Assembly: GCA_028678665.1 (NCBI GenBank)
Contig: JAJRDA010000001.1
Coordinates: 1 to 38,321, forward strand
Source: Methanomicrobiales archaeon
GTDB lineage: Archaea; Halobacteriota; Methanomicrobia; Methanomicrobiales; JACTUA01
Length of the DNA: 38,321 bases
Direction: 5' to 3'
Made by a program: the position numbers and the translations under genes. Within the stretch, counting starts at the first letter, position 1. Each line of letters begins with the position of its first letter. The notes under the pieces were generated by a model, which was not told the origin of the DNA, ran no database searches, and worked only from the letters and a program-made list of their open reading frames with translations. Positions 15,726 through 25,199 of this stretch are shown here, in pieces.

Positions 15726-17177
15726 TCACGCCTTCCCCTCGTCCTTCTTCCGGTACCCCTCCAGGAGGAGCGTGGTCACGTTCTTCACCGGCGTCTTCGA
15801 GAACGTCCCGATGTGGAACTCACAGAAGGGGCAGCTGGAGATGACGCAGTCGGCGCCGGTCTTTATGATCTCCTCATCACGTTTGAGCGCCAAAGCCTTC
15901 GACACTTCCGGTGCTCCGGACCGGGTCCCGCCGCCGGCCCCGCAGCACTTCACGACCGCCATCTCCCTGAGGTCGGCCACCCGCCGGATCAGGGCCCGGG
16001 GCTGGTCCCGGATCCCCTGCCCCCGGAGGAGGTGGCAGGGGTCATGGTAGGTGACGGTGAGGGGCAGGCGGGCCGGCGGCTCGATCCCCACCTCAGTGAG
16101 GATCTCATTCACGTCCTTCACCGTGAACGGGGTGCGGTAATCGTTCTTCAGGGTCGACCCGCAGCCAGCGCACATGGTCATCACCGTGTCGATGTTCCGG
16201 GAGGTGAAGCACTCGATGTTTTTCTGCTGGAGCGTGGGGAGGTACTCCAGCTGGCCGGTACGGATCAGGGGGGATCCGCAGCAGACCTGCTCGTGGGGGA
16301 TGATGACCCGGACCCCGTTCCGCTTCAGCACCTGGATGGCGTCAAGAGCGGTCTTCGGGAGGCGCAGGTTGTACATGCACCCCACGAAGAAACCGACGGT
16401 GGCCTTCACCGGCCCCGCGGGCTCGATCACCTCGTCCACCTGCTCCAGGAACGAAGTCTCGGTCCGGGGAACCGTCCGGCCGGTCTCCTTCACGAGCTCC
16501 GCCACCTCAAGGTGGCGGGGGAGGGTGAGTCCCTCCCGGTTGGCCAGAGCCCGCAGCTTCTCGATGGCCTTCCCCGGGATCTCGATCTTCTTCGGGCAGA
16601 CCTTCCAGCAGGCCTGGCAGGTGGTGCAGGTGAAGAGGCCGGCCTTGATGGCCTCCGGGATCCGGCCACCGGCATCCCGGGGGTCCAGGGCCAGGCGCAT
16701 CTCCTGCCGCATGGCCGCGGGGCCGGTGAACTCCGCCACCTCCATGGCCGGGCAGACGGAGACGCAGGCCAGGCACTCGATGCACTCGCGGAGGGGTTTT
16801 ATCGCCGCGATCTGCTCCGGTGCCGGGCACTCTGCCTGGCCCTTCGGGAGCAGCGGGGCGATCTGTGCGAGAGCCGGCTCCATCTCCACCACCAGGTCCT
16901 TCCGGACCGGGAGGTTCAGGGGCTCGACGGTCATCCCGTCCCGGGCCTCGGTCATGCAGGCCAGCTTCGGCTCGCCGTCCACCTGGACGGCGCAGGAGCC
17001 GCACTGGCCGGTGCCGCAGCAGTAGCGATAGGAGAGGGTTTGGTCCTCGGCGTGGATCGCGTGGAGGACGTGGAGCACCCGTGCCCCTTCCTGCACCTCC
17101 ACGTGGTAGGTGCGGAACTTCCCCTCCTTCTCCCTGGCCGGGTTCCAGCGGAAGACCCGCACTGCCATCTCCTTCAC
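15726..17177 (-). CDS. tfrB: Thiol:fumarate reductase subunit B (Fe-S subunit fused to an HdrD-like CCG domain)
   Basis: CCGTGQCGSCAV is a 2Fe-2S motif. CIECLACVSVCP and CTTCQACWKVCP are 4Fe-4S motifs. Two CCG-type motifs are present: VGCMYN...VCCGSPL, and DPCHLL...KCCGAGGG...SCPFCEFH. The start is either GTG 17177 (GTGA overlap with the tfrA stop) or ATG 17168. Confidence 0.85.
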   Translation of the reverse strand: MKEMAVRVFRWNPAREKEGKFRTYHVEVQEGARVLHVLHAIHAEDQTLSYRYCCGTGQCGSCAVQVDGEPKLACMTEARDGMTVEPLNLPVRKDLVVEMEPALAQIAPLLPKGQAECPAPEQIAAIKPLRECIECLACVSVCPAMEVAEFTGPAAMRQEMRLALDPRDAGGRIPEAIKAGLFTCTTCQACWKVCPKKIEIPGKAIEKLRALANREGLTLPRHLEVAELVKETGRTVPRTETSFLEQVDEVIEPAGPVKATVGFFVGCMYNLRLPKTALDAIQVLKRNGVRVIIPHEQVCCGSPLIRTGQLEYLPTLQQKNIECFTSRNIDTVMTMCAGCGSTLKNDYRTPFTVKDVNEILTEVGIEPPARLPLTVTYHDPCHLLRGQGIRDQPRALIRRVADLREMAVVKCCGAGGGTRSGAPEVSKALALKRDEEIIKTGADCVISSCPFCEFHIGTFSKTPVKNVTTLLLEGYRKKDEGKA

Positions 17178-18802
17178 GGGGATCCCCCCTTCATCTCGAT
17201 CCCGGACCGGTGCTGCGAGAGATAGGTGTGGCCGAACGGCGAATTGGCAGCATCATGGGCCTGGGTGAGGTCGGTCCGGACATGGGCCCCCCGGGACTCC
17301 GGCCGCAGGAGCGCCGACTTCACGACAAGCATGGCGGTGGTACAGAGGTGGTGCACGGTCATGCACTCCGCCAGGTTCAGCTTCGACGGGGCATGGAGTC
17401 TCTTCCGGCCCAGTTTCTCGACTTCCATGAGCGTCTGCGTGAGCTCAGGGCCGGTCCGGAAGATACCGGCACCCTTCCACATGGCCAGCTGCAGCTTCCG
17501 CTCCACCATCACCGGGTTCACCATGCCGGAGAGGAATCCCTCCAGCCGGCGCTCGATCAGGTCCAGCTGCCGTGGCTCGGGGCGCTGCCCCCGGGAGGGG
17601 GCACGTCCCGCTGCCTCGCCGGCCCTCTTCCCGAAGACCTGGGTCTCGGCCAGCGAGTTGCCGCCCAGCCGGTTGGCCCCGTGGACCCCGCCCGCCACCT
17701 CGCCGCAGGCAAAGAGCCCCGGGACAGTGGTCTGGCCGGTGGGGGTGATCCGCAGGCCGCCCATGAAATGGTGGGCACTGGGGGCCACCTCCATCGGCTC
17801 CTTCCGGATGTCCACGCCGTAGGCCAGGAACTGCTCCAGCATGACGGGGAGCCGCCCCTCGATCTGCGCCGCAGGAAGGTGGGTGACGTCCAGGTACACC
17901 CCGCCCCGGGGCGTGCCCCGGCCCTCCAGGATCTCGCGGGCGATAGCCCTGGCCACCACGTCCCGGGTGGAGAGCTCCATCCGCTCGGGATCGTACCGGG
18001 ACATGAACCGTTCGCCCTTTGCGTTCCTGAGGATCCCACCTTCGCCCCGGACCGCCTCGGTGACGAGCCGTCCCCGGGCATCGTAGGGGTAGACCGCCCC
18101 GGTGGGGTGGAACTGCACCATCTCCATGTCGATCAGTTCAGCCCCGGCCCCGTAGCCCAGGGAGTAGCCGTCGCCGGTCCCGGTGGCAGAGTTGGTGGAG
18201 ACGTCGTACACCCGGCTCCCGCCGCCAGTGGCAAGGACGGTGCTGTCGGCACGGATCACCTCCAGCCTCCCGGTGCGATCCAGCACCGCGGCACCCACCA
18301 CCGCCCCTTCCCTGGTCAGGAGATCGGTCACCGTCACCTCCTGGAGCACCTCCACGTTGCTGGCCCGGAGTTGCTCGAGGAGCGTCATCATCATCTCATG
18401 GCCGGTCCGGTCCCCTGCGTAGCAGGTCCGGGGGAACCGCTGCCCGCCGAAAGAGCGCTGGGCCACCTCGCAGGTCTCGGTGACATCGAAGACCGCCCCC
18501 CACCGGACCAGATCCCGGAGCCGGTCCGGCGCCTCGTTCACGAGCACCTTCACGAGTTCCAGATCGTTTAAGTACGCCCCGCCCTTCAGCGTGTCCTCCA
18601 GGTGGCCGACGCAGGAGTCGGCCTCCCGGAGGGCTGCATTGTACCCCCCCTCGGCCATGGGGGTGCACCCCCCTTTCCCGGCCACTGACTTGGTGACAAG
18701 GAGCGTCTCGCCGTGGCGGGAGGCCTCAAGAGCTGCCCGCACGCCTGCACCGCCGCTCCCGATTACGAGGACGTGGGCCTCGTGCGCCACATCTGCACGC
18801 AT
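17174..18802 (-). CDS. tfrA: Thiol:fumarate reductase subunit A (fumarate reductase/succinate dehydrogenase-type flavoprotein)
   Basis: HVLVIGSGGAGVRAALEA is the FAD dinucleotide fold. GGCTPMAEGGYNAA, HPTG, ATGDGY and RGAHVR are Frd/Sdh flavoprotein motifs. The start is taken at ATG 18802 (MRADVAHEAHVLVIG). Confidence 0.85.
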   Translation of the reverse strand: MRADVAHEAHVLVIGSGGAGVRAALEASRHGETLLVTKSVAGKGGCTPMAEGGYNAALREADSCVGHLEDTLKGGAYLNDLELVKVLVNEAPDRLRDLVRWGAVFDVTETCEVAQRSFGGQRFPRTCYAGDRTGHEMMMTLLEQLRASNVEVLQEVTVTDLLTREGAVVGAAVLDRTGRLEVIRADSTVLATGGGSRVYDVSTNSATGTGDGYSLGYGAGAELIDMEMVQFHPTGAVYPYDARGRLVTEAVRGEGGILRNAKGERFMSRYDPERMELSTRDVVARAIAREILEGRGTPRGGVYLDVTHLPAAQIEGRLPVMLEQFLAYGVDIRKEPMEVAPSAHHFMGGLRITPTGQTTVPGLFACGEVAGGVHGANRLGGNSLAETQVFGKRAGEAAGRAPSRGQRPEPRQLDLIERRLEGFLSGMVNPVMVERKLQLAMWKGAGIFRTGPELTQTLMEVEKLGRKRLHAPSKLNLAECMTVHHLCTTAMLVVKSALLRPESRGAHVRTDLTQAHDAANSPFGHTYLSQHRSGIEMKGGSP

Positions 18803-18864
18803 CTTATTATGATCTGGGTGGTATAGTGAGATAAAAGAACTGTCAGGCGATGGGTGAGGGAGCA

Positions 18865-20265
18865 ATGCGGCTTGTCATGAAATTCGGCGGCACCTCCGTC
18901 GGCGACGGCCAGCGGATCCGGCAGGTGGTGGAGATCCTGGAACCGTTCCATGCGCAGGGGCATGAAATCGCGGTGGTCGTCTCGGCCATGTCCGGGGTGA
19001 CCGGCCAGCTGATCGACATGGCCACCGAGTCGGTCCGGTCCCGGGAGAAGCCTGCCATCGAGGAGTTCATCGAGAACCTGAGGGGAAGGCACCGTTCGGC
19101 CCTCGAGACCGTTGCTCCCGACTACGTGGACGAGGTGGGGAGGATCCTGGATGCCCGCCTGGCCGACCTCCAGGCCATGCTCTTCGGCCTCCACATCCTC
19201 CGGGAACTCTCACCACGGTCGAAGGATTACATCATCTCCTTCGGCGAGCGCCTCTCCGCCCCGGTGGTCCGGGCCGCGCTCCGCCAGAAGGGTGTCCCCT
19301 CGGTGGTGCTGGACGGGTGCGAGGCAGGCCTCATCACCACCGGGCAGCACGGGGACGCCATCGTGATGCCCGAGAGCGATGCCAGGATCCGGAGCCGCAT
19401 CCTCCCCCTCCTCTCCGACTCGGTCCCGGTGATCATGGGCTACATGGGCTGTACCCCCAAGGGTGTGGTGACCACGCTGGGCCGCAGCGGGTCCGATTAC
19501 TCGGCAACCGTCGTCGGTACCGCGTTAGGTGCCGACGAGGTCTGGATCTGGACCGACGTGGACGGGATCATGACCACCGATCCCCGGCTGATCCGCGACG
19601 CCCGGGTGCTGCCCTCGGTCTCGTACCTGGAGGCCATGGAGCTCTCCTACTTCGGTGCCAAGGTGATGCATCCCCGTTCCATCGAGCCGGCGATGAGGAA
19701 GAACATCCCGATCCGGGTCAAGAACTCCTTCAACCCGTCCCACCCCGGCACCTGCATTGTCCGGGACTCGAAACGGGATCGCCGGGTGGTAAAGGCTCTC
19801 ACCCATTTCACCGGGGTGGCACTCGTGAACATCACCGGAGCCCAGATGATCGGGCGGCCTGGTGTCGCCCGCACGATCTTCACGGCCCTCGCAGAGAAGG
19901 AGATCAACATCATGATGATCTCCCAGGGGTCCTCGGAGGCCAACATCTCCCTCCTCGTCGATGCCGCCCAGCTGGACCTGGCGGTCGCTGCCCTCTCCGA
20001 CATGGTGAAGCAGGGGATCGTCCGGGAAGTGACGGCCAACCCGGACGTGGCCGCCGTCGCGGTGGTGGGTGCCGGCATGGCAGGGACACCGGGCATCTCG
20101 GGCCGGATCTTCACGGCCATGGGCCTCGCCGGCATCAACGTGATCATGATCTCCCAGGGGTCCTCGGAGGTGAACGTCTCCTTCGTCGTGAAGGAGAGCG
20201 ACGGGCCAAAGGCGGTCCGGGTCCTCCACGACGAGTTCCGGCTCTCGGAGGAACCGGATGAGTAG
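18865..20265 (+). CDS. lysC: Aspartate kinase with two C-terminal ACT domains
   Basis: MRLVMKFGGTSVGD, VVVSAMSGVT, LGRSGSDYSA and WTDVDGIMTTDPR are present, with duplicated ACT-like blocks (INIMMISQGSSEANISLLV and INVIMISQGSSEVNVSFVV). The TATA-like GATAAAAG centred near 18832 favours ATG 18865 over 18850. Confidence 0.9.
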   Translation: MRLVMKFGGTSVGDGQRIRQVVEILEPFHAQGHEIAVVVSAMSGVTGQLIDMATESVRSREKPAIEEFIENLRGRHRSALETVAPDYVDEVGRILDARLADLQAMLFGLHILRELSPRSKDYIISFGERLSAPVVRAALRQKGVPSVVLDGCEAGLITTGQHGDAIVMPESDARIRSRILPLLSDSVPVIMGYMGCTPKGVVTTLGRSGSDYSATVVGTALGADEVWIWTDVDGIMTTDPRLIRDARVLPSVSYLEAMELSYFGAKVMHPRSIEPAMRKNIPIRVKNSFNPSHPGTCIVRDSKRDRRVVKALTHFTGVALVNITGAQMIGRPGVARTIFTALAEKEINIMMISQGSSEANISLLVDAAQLDLAVAALSDMVKQGIVREVTANPDVAAVAVVGAGMAGTPGISGRIFTAMGLAGINVIMISQGSSEVNVSFVVKESDGPKAVRVLHDEFRLSEEPDE

Positions 20266-21250
20266 GGAGACCTACCGTGCGTCCGGGGTGGACATCGACC
20301 TCGCCCGGGAGGCGATCCGGGCCCTGGTGGGAAGGATCACCTACCGGCGGAAAGGACATATCCGCATGGCCGGTGCCGTGGGGCACTATGCCGGCCTCAT
20401 GGAGTTCGGCGACCATGTGCTGGCCCTCACGACGGATGGTGTGGGCACGAAGATGATGGTCGCCGACCGGCTGAAGAACTGGCGGACTGTCGGCATCGAC
20501 TGCATCGCCATGAACGTGAACGACCTCTTCGTCATGAACGTGGAGCCCGTGGCCTTCGTGGACTATATCGCCGCGGAACGGCTCTCCGTCGAGACGATGC
20601 GGCAGATCGGGGAGGGGCTCAACGAGGGGGCCCGCCTGGCCGACATCGATATCGTCGGAGGAGAGACGGCCCAGCTCCGGGACCAGGTCCACGGCCTGGA
20701 CCTGGCCGGCACCTGCCTGGGGGTCCAGGAGAAGGCCCGGGTGGTCACGGGCGGGAAGATCGTCCCCGGCGACCGGATCATCGGGGTTCCCTCCAGCGGG
20801 ATCCACAGCAACGGCCTCTCCCTGGCCCGCCGGATCGTGGAGGCCCATGCCTCCTACGACACCCGGCTCCCGAACGGGAAGACTGCGGGCGAGGAACTCC
20901 TGGTGCCCACCCGTATCTACCGGGAAGCCCTGGACGTCTGCCGTACCGCCGAGGTGCACGGCATGTGCCATGTCACGGGCGGGGGCCTGCTGAACTTCAC
21001 CCGTCTCACCGGCCACGGGTTCGAGTTCCGCACACCCCTTCCGGTACCTCCCATCTTCACCTGGCTCCAGGAGGAGGGGAACGTGGATCCTGTCGAGATG
21101 TACCGGACCTTCAACATGGGGATGGGCTATGCCTACGTCGTGCCACCGGCCTCGGTGGAGACCGTGCTCCGCATGGTCCCGGGCGCTGCCGTTGTCGGGG
21201 AGATCGTCAGCGGATCCGGTGTGCGGGTGCAGGGGCGGGAGATCCGTTAG
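20258..21250 (+). CDS. purM: Phosphoribosylformylglycinamidine cyclo-ligase (AIR synthase)
   Basis: YRASGVDIDLA, LTTDGVGTKMMVA, DCIAMNVNDL, GGETAQL and GIHSNGLSLARR are present. The gene overlaps the lysC end by 8 nt. Confidence 0.9.
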   Translation: MSRETYRASGVDIDLAREAIRALVGRITYRRKGHIRMAGAVGHYAGLMEFGDHVLALTTDGVGTKMMVADRLKNWRTVGIDCIAMNVNDLFVMNVEPVAFVDYIAAERLSVETMRQIGEGLNEGARLADIDIVGGETAQLRDQVHGLDLAGTCLGVQEKARVVTGGKIVPGDRIIGVPSSGIHSNGLSLARRIVEAHASYDTRLPNGKTAGEELLVPTRIYREALDVCRTAEVHGMCHVTGGGLLNFTRLTGHGFEFRTPLPVPPIFTWLQEEGNVDPVEMYRTFNMGMGYAYVVPPASVETVLRMVPGAAVVGEIVSGSGVRVQGREIR

Positions 21251-21269
21251 GGCCCTGTCGCTGCCTGTG

Positions 21270-21791
21270 CTAGGTCTCCTCTGGCGGGAGCGGGATCTTC
21301 TCGGCTTTCTCTGAGACGATGGCCGAGTTGCCGCAGGGATCCTCGATGACCAGGGTAACCGGGACCATCCCTTCCCGGACCTCTCCGATCCGGTCCAGGA
21401 AGGCCACGGCATTCTCCTTTTCGCTCCCTTCGAGCCCGGGCAGCAGCTGCTCCACCACCTGGCTCACCCGGAGGAGGATCCCTTCCACGTTGGAGATGAA
21501 GGCCTCGCACGCGGGTCCGGGGTCAATCCGCACCCCCAGGTCCGGGATCTCGATGATCCCGGAGGAGCCCCGGACGACCCGGATCGAGAGGTCCTGCGGC
21601 GATGAGACCCGGAGCTGCCACCGGGCCGGTTCCCCGCCCGAGATGAGCAGGGTATCGCAGTAGTGGAAGCCGCAGGGGCACGACGAGGAGATGATCAGCA
21701 CGTCAGAAAAGTGGGGGATGGTTTCGGTCTGGTATCGATATTCGATGTCGTGATCACAGAGGGGACAGCGGCCGGGGAAGACACTCCGCAC
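21270..21791 (-). CDS. ZPR1-type zinc-finger protein
   Basis: CPLCDHD...SSSCPCGFHYCD is a C4 zinc finger, followed by a ZPR1-like beta domain (LSIRVVRGSSGIIEIPDLGVRIDPG). The GTG start shares one nucleotide with the sepF stop (TAGTG). Confidence 0.7.
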   Translation of the reverse strand: MRSVFPGRCPLCDHDIEYRYQTETIPHFSDVLIISSSCPCGFHYCDTLLISGGEPARWQLRVSSPQDLSIRVVRGSSGIIEIPDLGVRIDPGPACEAFISNVEGILLRVSQVVEQLLPGLEGSEKENAVAFLDRIGEVREGMVPVTLVIEDPCGNSAIVSEKAEKIPLPPEET

Positions 21792-22168
21792 TAGAGGCCC
21801 CCGCCGCCCAGCTTCTCGCGGGCGATCTTGACCGACATGGGAGTGACCACCACGTAACGCTGGTCGCCAAGGCCGACGATGTCCCCGTTCACGTCCCGGG
21901 CCACGTCTTTCAGGTCCTTCAGCACCCGCTCGTAGGTGATCTTGTCCATCTTGAGCCTGCCGATGTCGATGATGACGATGTTCCCGTTGTACACCTCCTC
22001 CTTCACCCGGGGGGTGTCCTTGAGATCACCGATGGAGGCGACCTTCACGTACATGCTGGCGGGCTGATCCGACATGGTGCCCTCGAAAGCGGCCAGGTCC
22101 AGCTCCATATAATCGTCCTGGCCGGTGGGCGGGCTTCGTCCGATAATGCTGTCGAGTAATTTGCTCAT
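21791..22168 (-). CDS. sepF: Archaeal SepF-like cell-division protein (DUF552)
   Basis: A short amphipathic N-terminus MSKLLDSIIGR is followed by a linker and then the SepF core YVKVASIGDLKDTPRVKEEVYNGNIVIIDIGRL...DVNGDIVGLGDQRYVVVTPMSVKI. Confidence 0.75.
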   Translation of the reverse strand: MSKLLDSIIGRSPPTGQDDYMELDLAAFEGTMSDQPASMYVKVASIGDLKDTPRVKEEVYNGNIVIIDIGRLKMDKITYERVLKDLKDVARDVNGDIVGLGDQRYVVVTPMSVKIAREKLGGGGL

Positions 22169-22228
22169 AAAAGGGTTGTTGAACAGGAGTTACTTAATAG
22201 TATCTCCGGGCCGATCCCAAAACGGGCG

Positions 22229-22726
22229 CTACAGCTCCAGGTTCCAGACAGGGTCGCCGACATAATGCACGGTTTTCGCCATCTTGCCTTTCTCCTGTTC
22301 CCGGATGGCCTGCGCATCGAAGTGGGCGATCGCGATGGCCAGCGGCTTCCCGTGGCGCTCGTCGGCAACGACCGCAGGGAATCCCGCCTTCACGTCATCG
22401 GTGACAGAGACGATCCCCGGCCGCATCACATCGGCACCCTTCACAAGGAAGGGCACCGCCCCCATGTCCACCACGATCCTCCGCTGGGGGAACGGCCGCT
22501 CGATGGCCCCCCGTATCGTGGGAAAGACCCAGGCTTCGGTCTCAAAGAGCAGGAGCTTGCGGTCCACGACGTAGAGCTGAAACGGGGCATCCGCCTCCGC
22601 GATCTCGATCCGCTCCGATGCGAAGAGGCCAGCCCCCTCCCCGATCTGTTCCCGCAGGCGGGCGTGGAGGGCCGCCGCCTGGTCCTTCCGGATCGTGTGG
22701 CGTTTTTTGATGGTGAGTGCGCCCAT
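22229..22726 (-). CDS. PUA-domain RNA-binding protein (Tma20/MCT-1-like, COG2016 type)
   Basis: The C-terminal PUA block is [24 protein letters not shown]...[22 protein letters not shown]. The ORF is compact with an ATG start. Confidence 0.7.
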   Translation of the reverse strand: MGALTIKKRHTIRKDQAAALHARLREQIGEGAGLFASERIEIAEADAPFQLYVVDRKLLLFETEAWVFPTIRGAIERPFPQRRIVVDMGAVPFLVKGADVMRPGIVSVTDDVKAGFPAVVADERHGKPLAIAIAHFDAQAIREQEKGKMAKTVHYVGDPVWNLEL

Positions 22727-22847
22727 GGCTGCTATTCCCTTCTCGTTCCCGGCACATCAAGGGTACGGTGACGGCAGACCGCGTTACCTTTATCTCGCTT
22801 CTCCACGCATACAGCTGTACTCCAGAGCGATTGTACAGGGTATTTTT

Positions 22848-23075
22848 ATGACCAGGCGTCCCATGGAGATTCTGGATCAGGTGCTCAACCGCCAGCCCGT
22901 GATCGTCTCGCTGAAAGGGAACCGCGAGATCCGGGGGATCCTGCAGGGGTACGATGTGCACATGAACCTCGTGCTGGACCGTGCAGAAGAGATGGTGGAA
23001 GGCGCGATGCAGAAGAGGGGCACGCTGATCGTCCGTGGGGACAACGTCATCTATATCTCGCCACTGGTGGGGTAA
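22848..23075 (+). CDS. Sm-like archaeal protein (LSm/SmAP)
   Basis: Sm1/Sm2 motifs are present: [32 protein letters not shown]...[15 protein letters not shown]. It sits immediately upstream of L37e, an Sm-L37e pairing I recall from memory as common in archaea. Confidence 0.85.
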   Translation: MTRRPMEILDQVLNRQPVIVSLKGNREIRGILQGYDVHMNLVLDRAEEMVEGAMQKRGTLIVRGDNVIYISPLVG

Positions 23076-23090
23076 TTTCGGGAGGGACAC

Positions 23091-23273
23091 ATGTCAAAGG
23101 GAACGCCATCGATGGGGAAACGCCGGAAGAGGACGCATATCGCATGCCGGCGGTGCGGTCACATCTCGTACCATGTAACGCATAAGGTCTGCTCATCCTG
23201 CGGTTTCGGCAGAAGCTCGCGGATGAGGAGCTACCGCTGGATCAACAAGAAACCGAAGATCCCCACGCATTGA
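23091..23273 (+). CDS. rpl37e: 50S ribosomal protein L37e (eL37)
   Basis: [28 protein letters not shown]...CSSCGFG is the C4 zinc ribbon and basic N-terminus typical of L37e. Confidence 0.9.
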   Translation: MSKGTPSMGKRRKRTHIACRRCGHISYHVTHKVCSSCGFGRSSRMRSYRWINKKPKIPTH

Positions 23274-23288
23274 GAGTTCCGGGAGAGC

Positions 23289-24746
23289 ATGTGCGGAATC
23301 GTTGGCATCGCGGATGCTGGCGGTGTATCCTTTTCTCTGTACCACGCGCTGTATGCGCTCCAGCACCGGGGCCAGGAGAGCGCCGGTATCTCCACCTATT
23401 CTGAAGGCTGTTTCTACAAGCACAAGGACCAGGGGCTCGTGGGCGAGGTTTTTGACGAGGCCACCCTGCAGGGCCTAAAGGGGAACGTGGGGGTGGGCCA
23501 CGTCCGGTATCCCACGACGGGGGCCAACCTCCCGGAGAATATCCAGCCCTTCAACTTCCGGTTCAGGGACCACTTCTTTGCCCTGGCCCACAACGGCAAC
23601 CTGGTGAACGCTGCCCAGCTCCGGGCAGAATATGAGCAGGCCGGAGAGATCTACTCCACCACCACGGATACCGAAGTGATCGCCTCGGTGATCGTGGACG
23701 AGTACCGGAAAGGGCACAGCATCCAGGACGCCATCGTATTCTGCATGCACAAGCTCCGGGGTTCCTACTCCGTTGTGCTCATGGTGGACGACGAGCTCTA
23801 CGCCTTCCGGGATCCCCTGGGGATCAAGCCGCTCTGCTTCGGTACCACCCCCCGGGGCCACATCGTGGCCTCCGAGTCGGTGGCCATCGACGTGCAGGGC
23901 GGAACCCTGATCCGGGAGGTACGGCCCGGCGAGATGCTCCGCCTCACCCCTGACGGGTATGAATCGCTGCAGATTACCATGGCTGACCGGCCGGCCCACT
24001 GCATCTTCGAGTTCATCTACTTCGCCCGGGCCGATGCCGTCATCGAGGACCAGCTGGTCTACGATGTGCGGAGGAAGATCGGGGCATCCCTCTACGACGA
24101 GGCACCCGCAAAGGCGGACCTCGTCTCCCCGGTGCCGGACTCCGGCACCTCCATTGCCATCGGGTTTGCCCACCACTCGGGGATCCCGTACCTGGAGGGC
24201 CTCATGAAGAACCGGTACATGGGCCGGACGTTCATCAAGCCGTCCCAGAAGGAGCGGGAGTTGGCTGTCCGGATCAAGCTGAACCCCATCACCGGTCATA
24301 TCTGCGGGAAGTCCGTGGTCCTGGTCGACGACTCCATTGTCCGGGGCACCACCTCACGCCATATCGTGGACCTGATGAAGGAGTCCGGGGCCGAAGAGGT
24401 GCACGTCCGGATCGGCTCCCCGCCCATCAAGGCCCCCTGCTACCTGGGGGTGGACATGCCCACCCGGGAGGAGCTGATCGCGAGCGACAAGGAGACGCAG
24501 CAGGTCAGGGAGTCCATCAACGCCACCTCGCTCCACCACATCACCCTGGATGCGCTGGTGCAGGCCATCGGCCTCCCGAAAGAGCACCTCTGCACTGGCT
24601 GCCTCACCGGCGGTTACCCGGTCCCCATCGAGGGCGAGGCCTGCCTGGCCCGGATCGTGGACTTCGTCGGGGGCACCTACCAGACGAAGCTGGGGACACT
24701 GTGGGAGAAGGGGAAGACCAAGAAACGCCCGTCCCGTCGGAAATAG
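23289..24746 (+). CDS. purF: Amidophosphoribosyltransferase
   Basis: The N-terminal nucleophile is MCGIVGI. Also present are LQHRGQESAGI, HVRYPTTG, the PRPP-binding motif VVLVDDSIVRGTT, and C-terminal Cys residues for the Fe-S cluster. Confidence 0.9.
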   Translation: MCGIVGIADAGGVSFSLYHALYALQHRGQESAGISTYSEGCFYKHKDQGLVGEVFDEATLQGLKGNVGVGHVRYPTTGANLPENIQPFNFRFRDHFFALAHNGNLVNAAQLRAEYEQAGEIYSTTTDTEVIASVIVDEYRKGHSIQDAIVFCMHKLRGSYSVVLMVDDELYAFRDPLGIKPLCFGTTPRGHIVASESVAIDVQGGTLIREVRPGEMLRLTPDGYESLQITMADRPAHCIFEFIYFARADAVIEDQLVYDVRRKIGASLYDEAPAKADLVSPVPDSGTSIAIGFAHHSGIPYLEGLMKNRYMGRTFIKPSQKERELAVRIKLNPITGHICGKSVVLVDDSIVRGTTSRHIVDLMKESGAEEVHVRIGSPPIKAPCYLGVDMPTREELIASDKETQQVRESINATSLHHITLDALVQAIGLPKEHLCTGCLTGGYPVPIEGEACLARIVDFVGGTYQTKLGTLWEKGKTKKRPSRRK

Positions 24747-24826
24747 CAATAAGGGGTTCACTGTTTTTTCTAACCCTCATCAAAGGGAATAGAAGTGACT
24801 CGGGAGAAAAAACTGGAAAACCGCAT

Positions 24827-24901
24827 AGCGAGGGATGGATTTGAACCATCGATCTACGGGTTATGAGCCCGTCGGGATATCCTGACTACCCCACCTCGCT
24901 C
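24827..24901 (-). tRNA. tRNA-Met (CAT), initiator type
   Basis: The reverse complement reads AGCGAGGTGGGGTAGTCAGGATATCCCGACGGGCTCATAACCCGTAGATCGATGGTTCAAATCCATCCCTCGCTA. The acceptor stem is AGCGAGG/CCTCGCT, and the anticodon stem ACGGG/CCCGT carries the loop CTCATAA. The T arm is GATGG-TTCAAAT-CCATC. A1:U72 and three G:C pairs closing the anticodon stem are initiator hallmarks. No CCA is encoded. The T-rich stretch TTTTCCAGTTTTTTCTCCC follows the 3' end. Confidence 0.85.
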
Positions 24902-25029
24902 CCCGGGCATCATACTATTCTTTGGGGAACGGGATATAGTTTTTGGGAAAACCGGCGGAGCGGGACCGCTTTTTCCCCGGCCCCATCATAAAAAGATCAT
25001 CAAAACGGCAGGACACCGACGTGGAGCAG

Positions 25030-25100
25030 CCATCCTCACCGGGGGAGGGCGACGGGAGGGGGCAGAGCCCACTCCCGGTCCCACCCCACGAGAAGATAGG
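25030..25100. repeat. GC-rich palindromic intergenic repeat, copy C (most complete long hairpin)
   Basis: CCATCCTCACCGGGGGAGGGCGACGGGAGGGGGCAGAGCCCACTCCCGGTCCCACCCCACGAGAAGATAGG. The left and right halves are imperfect reverse complements over about 33 nt. Confidence 0.7.
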
Positions 25101-25168
25101 CGGATCCATCCCAATCCGCCGATGGTGATACCCCCAGTACCTGCCCACCGATCCCCCGTCCATCACTG

Positions 25169-25176
25169 ATAAATAT
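25169..25176 (+). promoter_or_regulatory. TATA box of the thioredoxin gene (near-leaderless mRNA)
   Basis: ATAAATAT lies 24-31 nt upstream of ATG 25200, with no SD-like sequence between them. Confidence 0.45.
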
Positions 25177-25199
25177 CCGGGAAAACCACATTCCTCACC

